Part shown: piece by piece, positions 57,216-64,000 of the stretch
Layout of the letters: every line of letters starts with the position of its first letter
How positions within the stretch are numbered: the first letter of the stretch is position 1
Source: Thermoplasmata archaeon
Lineage (GTDB): Archaea; Thermoplasmatota; Thermoplasmata; Lutacidiplasmatales; UBA184
DNA length: 64,000 nt
Direction of reading: 5' to 3'
Assembly (NCBI GenBank): GCA_021827405.1
Contig: JAKAVY010000001.1
Coordinates: 16,861-80,860 of the forward strand
The notes under the pieces: model-generated
The model's database searches: none
What the model was told of the DNA's origin: nothing
Seen by the model: the letters and a program-made list of their open reading frames with translations, nothing else
Translations under genes and position numbers: made by a program

Positions 57216-57689
57216 TCAGACGTCGGGACCCCGGGCCCTCGGTCCCCCCCCACCCTCGGGCGACCGCTCGAAGACCAACCCCGAGCGGTAGGACTTGGTC
57301 CAGACCACCCGGTCCCCGACCGCCAGGTCCTCGGCCCGCTTGACCGCGGGCAGCCATCCGCTGGTCCGCACCCCCTCCGCCAGCTCGATCAGCGCGTAGG
57401 CGTAGGGCGCCTCGTTCACGAACTCGTCGGAGGGAACGTACTGCAGCGTGTAGCTCAGCACGCGTCCTTCTCCCGAGAAGGGGTGGTCCTCCAGGCTGTG
57501 GGGCTCTCCGCAACGGGGACAGACCAGCAGGTAGGTCAGGGTGTGGAACCCGCACGAACGGCAAGCATAGCCGAGCAGCCGTCCCTCTTCCTCGTAGCCA
57601 TGGGTGAACTGGGCGATGGAGTGAAGCGGCGAGGTCTCCCCCGGCTCGGAGGGGTTCGGGCCTGCCGGTAGGCTTTCCTTCGAACTCAT
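57216..57689 (-). CDS. DUF35 zinc-ribbon/OB-fold protein (thiolase/HMG-CoA-synthase partner)
   Basis: CRSCGFH...CPRCGE Cys4 ribbon followed by an OB-fold (RVLSYTLQYV...YAYALIELAEGVRTSGWL). It sits immediately downstream of the thiolase, as in archaeal thiolase-DUF35 complexes. Confidence 0.7.
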   Translation of the reverse strand: MSSKESLPAGPNPSEPGETSPLHSIAQFTHGYEEEGRLLGYACRSCGFHTLTYLLVCPRCGEPHSLEDHPFSGEGRVLSYTLQYVPSDEFVNEAPYAYALIELAEGVRTSGWLPAVKRAEDLAVGDRVVWTKSYRSGLVFERSPEGGGGPRARGPDV

Positions 57690-57699
57690 GGTCCTCCCC

Positions 57700-58863
57700 T
57701 CAGACCCGTTGGAAGAGGTGGACCGAGCAGCTTCCCCCCGTGGCCCCCACGTTGTGGGCCAGGGCCCACTCCGGCCCGCTCACCTGCCGCCCCCCGGCGC
57801 GTCCATTGAACTGTTCGAAGATCTCCACCACTTGGGCTGCGCCCGTGGCGCTCACCGGGTGACCCTTGGCCTTGAGCCCACCGGAAGGGTTGACGGGGAG
57901 CTTCCCGTCGACCGCGGTCTCCCCCTCGGCGCCGGCATGGGCGGCCTTTCCCCGCGGGTAGAACCCCAGGTCCTCCAGCGCCAGGACCTCGGCCACGGTG
58001 AAACAGTCGTGCACCTCCAGGAGGTCCACCACGGACCGGTCCACCCCCGCCATGCGGAAGGCGCGCTCGCCGGCCAGTGTGGAGGCGGGAAGGGAGGTCA
58101 GGTCGCTGCGGTCCTGGAGCGCAGCGATGCTCCCGGCCCGGGCCGAGGCCCGGATGGCGGCCGGTACCTGGGTCAGCTCGGAGCGGAACCGTTTCGGGTT
58201 CACGACCACCACCGCGGCGGCCCCGTCGGAGAACGGACAACAATCGTACAAGCGCAAGGGCCAGGAGACCGGGGCGGAGCTCAGATAGGTCTCCAGGGAG
58301 ATCGGCTTCTGGAAGTGCGCGTGGGGATTGTGAGAGGCGTTTAAGTGGTTCTTCACGGCCACCGCGCCTAGCTCCTCGGGCCGCGTCCCGTACCGGTGCA
58401 TATGGGCGGTGGCCAGGGTGGCGTAGAGACCCGGGAACGTCGCCCCGTTCCGGGACTCGAAAGCGTAGTCCGCCCCCATGGCGAAGTAGCTCGTGGCGGC
58501 CAGGGTGTCCAGGTGGGAGAGCTTCTCCACCCCCACCACCAGGGCGGCATCCAGGAATCCGCCGGCCACATGGACGAAGGCCTCGTGGAGGGCCGCCGAG
58601 GAGGAGGAACAGGCCGATTCCACCGTGACCGATGGGACCTCCGGGATCCCCAGGGCCGTGTTCACCAGGGGCCCCAGGTGGGCCTGACGTTCGGCGACCC
58701 CGAAGGCGTTGGAGACGAAGGTGTAGCCGATGTCCTTGGGGCGGAGCCCGGCCCCTTCGATCGCTTCCAGGCTCACCCGGGAGGCGGCCTCGCGGCCCGA
58801 GACGGCCATCTTTCCGAACCGGTTCATCGCGGCTCCGGCGACCCAGACCTCTTCCATGTCCAT
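57700..58863 (-). CDS. Archaeal-type thiolase (acetyl-CoA C-acyltransferase, SCP-x/nsLTP-like subfamily). ATG at 58863 (MDMEEV).
   Basis: Catalytic Cys VESACSSSSAAL, NPSGG and the C-terminal H/C region GATGGSCSVHLF. The upstream part of the longer ORF is a P/G/R-rich extension. Confidence 0.85.
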   Translation of the reverse strand: MDMEEVWVAGAAMNRFGKMAVSGREAASRVSLEAIEGAGLRPKDIGYTFVSNAFGVAERQAHLGPLVNTALGIPEVPSVTVESACSSSSAALHEAFVHVAGGFLDAALVVGVEKLSHLDTLAATSYFAMGADYAFESRNGATFPGLYATLATAHMHRYGTRPEELGAVAVKNHLNASHNPHAHFQKPISLETYLSSAPVSWPLRLYDCCPFSDGAAAVVVVNPKRFRSELTQVPAAIRASARAGSIAALQDRSDLTSLPASTLAGERAFRMAGVDRSVVDLLEVHDCFTVAEVLALEDLGFYPRGKAAHAGAEGETAVDGKLPVNPSGGLKAKGHPVSATGAAQVVEIFEQFNGRAGGRQVSGPEWALAHNVGATGGSCSVHLFQRV

Positions 58864-59088
58864 CCTCGAGAGCTCAGGCCGGCCAACCCTCGCCCTTGAC
58901 GAAGGTTCCAGGGATGGGGCCTTTATAAACACCCCGAACGGCCGATCCGGCGGTCTGCCCTCGTCCGGGGCCCGAGGCTCCCGGGCCCGTGGGGAAGGCC
59001 CCCGGGAACCCCGGCGAGGAGGAGAGCCTAACCCCCCCATCCCCCTTTCCCTTGTCCGAGGGCAGGGTCGGGGGACCCGGCGGGCCGC

Positions 59089-59355
59089 TCAGGTCCCTTC
59101 CAGCAAGGGAAGGAGGTCCCGGAAGGCGGACTCCGCCTGCCGAGCGTCCGGGGTCTTGATCACCAGACGGCCATCCTGCATGATCGTCACTTCCGGATCG
59201 CCCCCGACGAGGAGCATGACCCGGGCGTCTATGACCGAGCGCCCGGAGCGCTCCAGGCGCGTCCGGACGCGCCGGAGGTCGAGCCGTCGCTTGGGTTCGG
59301 GCACGGCCTCGTAGGCGCCCTTCCCCGAACAGAGCTTCAGCGAGTGGTAGCTCAC
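59089..59355 (-). CDS. Small hypothetical protein (88 aa) overlapping the 3' end of the ThiI-like gene by 4 nt
   Basis: An alpha/beta-looking sequence (VMLLVGGDPEVTIMQDGRLVIKTPDARQAESAFRDLL) with no firm family assignment. It does not end in Gly-Gly, so it is not a canonical ThiS/MoaD. Confidence 0.3.
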   Translation of the reverse strand: MSYHSLKLCSGKGAYEAVPEPKRRLDLRRVRTRLERSGRSVIDARVMLLVGGDPEVTIMQDGRLVIKTPDARQAESAFRDLLPLLEGT

Positions 59356-59978
59356 AGCACCTGAGCGTGGCGGGAGACGTCCTCCACCATCCGCCCGACG
59401 TCCAGGCGGTCCTCCTCTTCCAGGATCTTCAGCAAGCTAGTCCGGGTGGCGGGTTTGTCGGGGACGGCCTGGCAGCAGAGGCCCGGACGCGTGGAGATGC
59501 CGTAGGTCCCGAGGGCCTTGGCCCGGGCCTCGATCTCCTGCTTGTCGAAGCCCACGAGGGGCCGCACGATCGGGAGCGCCACCGCGGAGGTGGCGGTCCG
59601 CATGTTGGAAAGCGTCTGGCTGGCCACCTGCCCCAGCGCCTCTCCCGTGACCAAGAACCCCGCCCCCTCCCTGAGCGCCACCTGCTCGGCGGCCCGCCAC
59701 ATGAAGCGCCGGCAGAGGACGCAACCCACATGGCGGTCCGTGTTGCGCATGAGCGCGATCTGGGTGGATCCGTGGGGCAGCACGGTGAGCGGGATGGGGG
59801 ACCCGTACCGGGCGGAGAGCACCTTCAGATGGTCCCGGACCTTCGCCAGCGGCGAATCGTCGGTGAACGGACGGTTGTCCATGTGCACCGCGACCAAACG
59901 GTGGCCCTGGGAGAGGATCATGTCGGCCGCGACCGGGGAGTCGATCCCCCCGGACATGAGGACCACCCCGAGGGCCAT
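59352..59978 (-). CDS. thiI: ThiI-like PP-loop ATP pyrophosphatase (AANH domain only, no THUMP domain); tRNA s4U / thiamine sulfurtransferase family
   Basis: PP-loop LMSGGIDSPVAA, ThiI-specific GEALGQVASQTLSNM and RPLVGFDKQEI. Cys residues occur as CVLCRR and GLCCQ. Confidence 0.7.
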   Translation of the reverse strand: MALGVVLMSGGIDSPVAADMILSQGHRLVAVHMDNRPFTDDSPLAKVRDHLKVLSARYGSPIPLTVLPHGSTQIALMRNTDRHVGCVLCRRFMWRAAEQVALREGAGFLVTGEALGQVASQTLSNMRTATSAVALPIVRPLVGFDKQEIEARAKALGTYGISTRPGLCCQAVPDKPATRTSLLKILEEEDRLDVGRMVEDVSRHAQVL

Positions 59979-60070
59979 GACGACCGGCCGGACGGCCTCC
60001 GCAGGTTCTTAAGGGTGCCGGCCCGGGCGCGTTCCGCCCGGGCGGCGTTTAAGGGGGGCGGGGGGGAGCG

Positions 60071-60433
60071 CTAGGCGGGGACCGCGACCTTCGGCGGCGG
60101 GACGATCTCGTTGACCGCGTCCACCAGAGGCTTCAGGTAGGTCAGGGCGGGGCCTCCGTGCATGACCACGGCGACGAAGCCTGCCTCCATGAGTTCACCC
60201 CGGGTGGCCCCCAGGGAGGCCGCCGCCGAGACATGGAAGGCAATGCACCACTCGCATTGGGCTGCCACGGCCAAGGCGACACTGATGATCTCCTTCTCCT
60301 TGCCGCTGAGCGCCGGTCCCGATTCGGCCTTCTTCATGAAGGAGAGGAACCCCTGGATCTCCTGCGGGTACTCCTTCTGGAGCGTTCCGATCAGCTGCTG
60401 GAATTCCGTCAGGCGGTCTTGCATGTGTCCCAT
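60071..60433 (-). CDS. Carboxymuconolactone-decarboxylase / AhpD-like family protein
   Basis: 120 aa with the CMD/AhpD core and Cys-x-x-Cys-x-x-x-His motif AAQCEWCIAFH. Confidence 0.65.
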   Translation of the reverse strand: MGHMQDRLTEFQQLIGTLQKEYPQEIQGFLSFMKKAESGPALSGKEKEIISVALAVAAQCEWCIAFHVSAAASLGATRGELMEAGFVAVVMHGGPALTYLKPLVDAVNEIVPPPKVAVPA

Positions 60434-60535
60434 CAGGCTCACCACCCGGCGCGTCCTTGCAGGGGGAAAAACCCGTCCGTGCACCCCATTTGACCAACCC
60501 TTGCTTCCGGGGCTTTCCGCCTCCTCCGGGCGGCT

Positions 60536-61402
60536 GTGCGCCACCCTTACATAGCGAGGGTTGTCCGACCCAGCGTGCCTTCGGCAGAGCTCCCGGGAGG
60601 ACCCCTTTTCTTCGAGGAGGCCGGCACCGGGGTCCCGGTCATCCTCCTCCACGAACTGGGGGGGAACGCCCGGGACTGGGACGGCCAGACGGCCGCCCTG
60701 TCCCGGCACCGGCGGGTGGTCGTGCCCGAGCTCCGCGGGCATGGACGTACCCCTCCACCGCCGGGGGAGATGTACACCCCTTCCCAGCACGCCGCCGACG
60801 TATACGCCCTCCTCGAGCACCTGGGTCTGGAGGCGCCTTGGGTCGTGGGGCTAAGCCTGGGGGGTCTGGTCACCCTGGCCCTCGCGCTGGAACACCCGGA
60901 ACGATTGCGGGGCCTCGTCCTGGTCTCCACCACGGCTCACGCGGACCGCTACACCCGGGAGGTCCTGGCCCGGTGGATGCAGGTCTTCCGAGAGCAGGGA
61001 GCGGAGGCCTATCTGAACCGGCTCCTGCAGGACGTGTTCTACCCGGACTGGCTGCTGGACCACCTCGACGAGGCGGACCGTTTCCGGGAGGAGCAGCGCC
61101 ACCGGCGCCTGGCCGGCATCGCCCCCAGCGCCGCCGGCATCGCCTCCTGGGATGTCCGGGGCCAGATCGCCCGGATCCGGCTCCCGACCCTGGTGGTCCA
61201 TGGGATGGACGACCGGGTGGTGGACCCCACCTCCGCCCGGATCCTCCGCCAGACGATCCTGGGCTCGGAGATGAAGCTCTACGCGAACACCGGTCATCTG
61301 CTTCACCAGGAGCACCCGCAAGAGTTCACCCGGCTCCTGGAGGATTTCTTCTCCCGCCACGAGGCCTCCGACCCGTCGACCGCCGGGAGGACTCCGCCAT
61401 GA
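60536..61402 (+). CDS. Alpha/beta-hydrolase-fold protein (the start may be a downstream GTG)
   Basis: HGxP-like VPVILLHELGGNARDW, nucleophile elbow GLSLGG, and a C-terminal His in NTGHLLHQEHP. Confidence 0.7.
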   Translation: MRHPYIARVVRPSVPSAELPGGPLFFEEAGTGVPVILLHELGGNARDWDGQTAALSRHRRVVVPELRGHGRTPPPPGEMYTPSQHAADVYALLEHLGLEAPWVVGLSLGGLVTLALALEHPERLRGLVLVSTTAHADRYTREVLARWMQVFREQGAEAYLNRLLQDVFYPDWLLDHLDEADRFREEQRHRRLAGIAPSAAGIASWDVRGQIARIRLPTLVVHGMDDRVVDPTSARILRQTILGSEMKLYANTGHLLHQEHPQEFTRLLEDFFSRHEASDPSTAGRTPP

Positions 61403-62349
61403 CCCCCCCGGAGCGAGACCTCGCTCCCTATCGCCGCTGCGAGCTCGTCACTCCGGCTTCCAGTGACCGGATGCTTGCGAAGGCCTCCCGTTCCGGGGCG
61501 GACCTGGTGGTCGCGGACCTGGAGGACGGGGTGAGCCCTTCCCAGAAGGAGGAATCCCGCCAGACACTGGTCCGGGCGGCCAACGAACTGGACTGGACGG
61601 GAAAGGCCCTCGCGTTCCGGGCCAACGGCCTTCACACGCCGTGGTTCCTCGACGACCTCCTGGAGCTGGTCAAGGGTGCGGGGCGGAACCTGGACGTGCT
61701 GGTGCTCCCGAAGGTCCGGAGCCCCGAAGAGGTGGGGTTCGTGGCCCGGCTCCTTGACCAGTTGGAGAGGAAGTTCTCCCTCCCGTCCAGGGGCATCGCC
61801 CTGGAGGTCCTTATTGAGACCGCAAGCGGTGTGCTCGCGGCGGACCAGATCGCCCGGGCCTCGGACCGGATGCGGGGGCTCATCTTCGGGCTCTACGACC
61901 TATCCGGTGACCTGGGCACCCAGGTCACCCCCGGCTGGGCCCTGGACCTCTCGTACGCCCGCCAGCGCACCTTGGTCTGTGCCCGGGCCGCGGGGCTGCT
62001 GGCCCTGGATGGCATCACCGCCCGCTACCAGGACCTGGAGCTGACCCACCAGGAGTCCGAGAACGCGCGTCGGCTGGGCTTCGATGGAAAGTGGGCCATC
62101 CACCCCGGTCAGGTGCCCGTGATCCAGGAGGTCTTCACCCCCACGCCGGAGGAGCTCGAGACCGCCGCCCGGAAGGTCCAGGCCTACCGGGAAGCGGGCG
62201 TGAGCCAGGGAAAGGGGGCGCTGGCGCTCGACGGGGAAATGGTGGACGAGGCCACCGTCCGCTTCGAGGAACGGCGCTTGGCCCTGGGGAGAAGGCTGGG
62301 GCTCTTTTCGCCGGCGAGGGACGGGCCGGCCCCGGAGCGCGTCGCCTAA
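61398..62349 (+). CDS. HpcH/HpaI-family CitE-like acyl-CoA lyase (citryl-/malyl-/citramalyl-CoA lyase beta-subunit-like)
   Basis: CitE-like blocks RSGADLVVADLEDGV, LIETASGVL (metal-binding Glu), LIFGLYDLSGDLG and GFDGKWAIHPGQV. Its ATG overlaps the hydrolase stop in an ATGA junction. Confidence 0.75.
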
Positions 62350-62560
62350 GGACTCGGGGCCTCGACGGGAGCCTCTCCCTCGGCGCGACCCGGAACGCGA
62401 TCCCTTTCTCTCGGGAGGAAGGAGGCCCCGGGCCCCTTCCCCGTGGGGCAGGCGCGGCTCTCGGGCCTCCGCCCGCTCACCGTGCCGCAGAGAAGGAGGC
62501 GTTCAAGGTCGCCGCCCTCCGATACGCGGCCGCCGCCGGCGGCCGGATCGATGGACGGCC

Positions 62561-63043
62561 TCAGGCGGGATCCCCGGAAAGGGACTGGTGGGACGCCGGG
62601 CCGGCCGGTTCTCCCCGACGCGCCCGGAACAGCACCACGCTCACCCCGAAGGCCGCGGTAACGGAGAGGTAGGCCCCCAGGCAGATGGGGCAGAGAGCGT
62701 GGATGACCGTCAGCTCGATCGTCCCGAGGTAGACGGCCATGAGGACCCCGAGCCCGGAGACCCCGAGCACGGCCTTCAGCCAGGACGCCTTGTAGGTCCT
62801 CAGCAAGGGGAGGTCGAGGGCCAGGAGCAGGACGAACCCCCCCACCCCGATGAGCCAATCGGGGACCGGTCCGGTGAAGGTGTGGCCGGAACTGTCCACC
62901 GCCTGGCAGGAGATGAACGAGTTCACGCTGCAGGTCGCCCGGAGCGCCGAGTCCACTGTCTCCAAGGTGGCGTAGAGGCTGAAGGCCAGGCCGAGGAGGA
63001 TGAAGAAGAGGAGCAGACGGTGGAGGACCCGGGCGTCCGTCAT
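62561..63043 (-). CDS. Vitamin K epoxide reductase (VKOR)-family membrane protein
   Basis: Loop Cys pair CSVNSFISC and active-site CPIC in the last TM helix; four to five TM helices. Confidence 0.75.
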   Translation of the reverse strand: MTDARVLHRLLLFFILLGLAFSLYATLETVDSALRATCSVNSFISCQAVDSSGHTFTGPVPDWLIGVGGFVLLLALDLPLLRTYKASWLKAVLGVSGLGVLMAVYLGTIELTVIHALCPICLGAYLSVTAAFGVSVVLFRARRGEPAGPASHQSLSGDPA

Positions 63044-63053
63044 CGAGGATCCT

Positions 63054-63971
63054 TCAAAGGGAGATCTGGGCGACGATGCTCATCACGGCAGAGTTCTGGA
63101 GGACGGCGCTCGGAGGGCTGATACCGGCCTTCTGGTCCGCCTTCACGAAGTAGGCCTCTAGGTAGATCATGGCGGAACTGATCTCGGCATAGACCGATCC
63201 CGTTCCGCTGGAAAGGTCGCTCTCCACCTGCTGGGGACTCAGGGCGGTCCCGCCGGGCGAGAGCGTGGCGGGGTTCACCAGGGCGCCCAGGTGGTAGTAC
63301 TGCCCCCCCACCACCACGAAGGGGATCCCTCCGGAGGAGTCGTAGGTCTGGACGTAGGCGTTCGGGAGGGTGGGGAGGGTGGGGATGGTGATGGTGCTGT
63401 CGTCCGTTCCCTCGTAGATCTGGAGGGAGACATAGCTCGAGTTGTACGTGACCGAGGAGAGGTCCACCTCCGGCGTGTTCGGATAGACGTCGGTGGAACT
63501 GGATTGGAGGTAGCTCCAGCCCGACAGGCTCCCGAAGGCCTCCAACGCACCGCGCATCGCCCAACTGGAGGCGGAGCAGTAAGGGCAGGCCACCGACCCG
63601 ACGTACAGGAAGACCGGCTTGCCCCCGTCCTGGGTCCACAGGGGGTTGGCCGCATGATACCAGGTCCCGTCAGAGTTCGAGGGCATGGCGGTGGTGTTCA
63701 GGCTCAAGTTGGGGATGCCGACCTCCACGGCGGCGAGGGCGCCCCCACCGGTGACCAGGAGCGCCACCACGACGCTGATGGCCACGGCGCGGCGCCAGCC
63801 TCCCCCGATCCCCCGGCCCCCGAAGACCAGCGAGAGCCCGAAGACGATGAGGCCAAAGGCGAGCGCGATCCCCATGTAGACGAGGGGGACGATGACCATC
63901 AGGGAGCTCAGCACGGTGAGCCCGAAGAGGATCCAGACCCCCGCCGAGAACGCAATGAGAAGACCGAGCAC
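63054..63971 (-). CDS. Membrane-anchored thioredoxin-fold (DsbA-like) protein, partner of VKOR. The ORF stays open to the window edge, so the start may lie beyond nt 64000.
   Basis: Two N-terminal TM helices, then a thioredoxin-like domain with the active site FLYVGSVACPYCSASSWAM (CPYC). Confidence 0.6.
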   Translation of the reverse strand: MLGLLIAFSAGVWILFGLTVLSSLMVIVPLVYMGIALAFGLIVFGLSLVFGGRGIGGGWRRAVAISVVVALLVTGGGALAAVEVGIPNLSLNTTAMPSNSDGTWYHAANPLWTQDGGKPVFLYVGSVACPYCSASSWAMRGALEAFGSLSGWSYLQSSSTDVYPNTPEVDLSSVTYNSSYVSLQIYEGTDDSTITIPTLPTLPNAYVQTYDSSGGIPFVVVGGQYYHLGALVNPATLSPGGTALSPQQVESDLSSGTGSVYAEISSAMIYLEAYFVKADQKAGISPPSAVLQNSAVMSIVAQISL

Positions 63972-64000
63972 CGGGGCCCGGGCCCGCCAGCTCCGGGCGC

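Noticed and set aside
59089-59355. Interpretation of the 88-aa ORF as ThiS/MoaD, SUI1 or YhbY
   Set aside because: It has no C-terminal Gly-Gly, and manual alignment to SUI1 and CRM-domain consensus sequences was unconvincing. It is left as hypothetical.

Overview
This window is about 69% GC, densely coding, and archaeal. The archaeal call rests on aIF-1A, the KEOPS kinase Bud32, a thiolase plus DUF35 pair, an HTH_10 (Bat-type) regulator, a COG1340-like coiled-coil protein, a PstS with an N-terminal membrane anchor, ThyX and PdxS. The proteome is not acidic, so this is not a haloarchaeon. No transposase, integrase, CRISPR array or rRNA was seen.

Main gene blocks:
- (i) 1-3.7 kb: a truncated HxlR regulator, two tandem MerT-like cysteine-rich membrane proteins, and an unusually long stretch (about 1.4 kb) with no convincing ORF.
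- (ii) 3.7-17 kb: M13 metallopeptidase, OYE/2,4-dienoyl-CoA reductase-like flavoenzyme, threonine synthase, MsrB, polytopic membrane proteins, an APC permease, PdxS and a GT4 glycosyltransferase.
- (iii) 17-26 kb: pyrF, then a complete phosphate-uptake operon on the minus strand (AbrB-PhoU regulator, pstS, pstC, pstA, pstB, phoU), facing a divergently transcribed alkaline-phosphatase/sulfatase-superfamily gene. An AT-rich island carrying a triple direct repeat separates them.
- (iv) 26-33.6 kb: a membrane-anchored FKBP, a coiled-coil protein, and an acetate module made of a SatP/YaaH transporter, AMP-forming Acs, and a convergent Pat-like GNAT-acyl-CoA-synthetase fusion with inverted domain order.
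- (v) 33.6-49.4 kb: thyX, a LarB-like gene, beta-oxidation genes (ACAD, etfB, etfA, crotonase, second ACAD), a helical hypothetical, aIF-1A tightly coupled to Nnr, Bud32, agmatinase, and a SHOCT protein.
- (vi) 49.4-64 kb: HTH_10 regulator, TreT-like GT4 plus HAD phosphatase, two MFS transporters, a fadD/DUF35/thiolase operon, a THUMP-less ThiI, an AhpD-like protein, an alpha/beta-hydrolase coupled to a CitE-like lyase, and a VKOR plus membrane thioredoxin-like pair at the window edge.

The high GC content creates many long spurious P/G/R-rich ORFs in the wrong frames. These were rejected.
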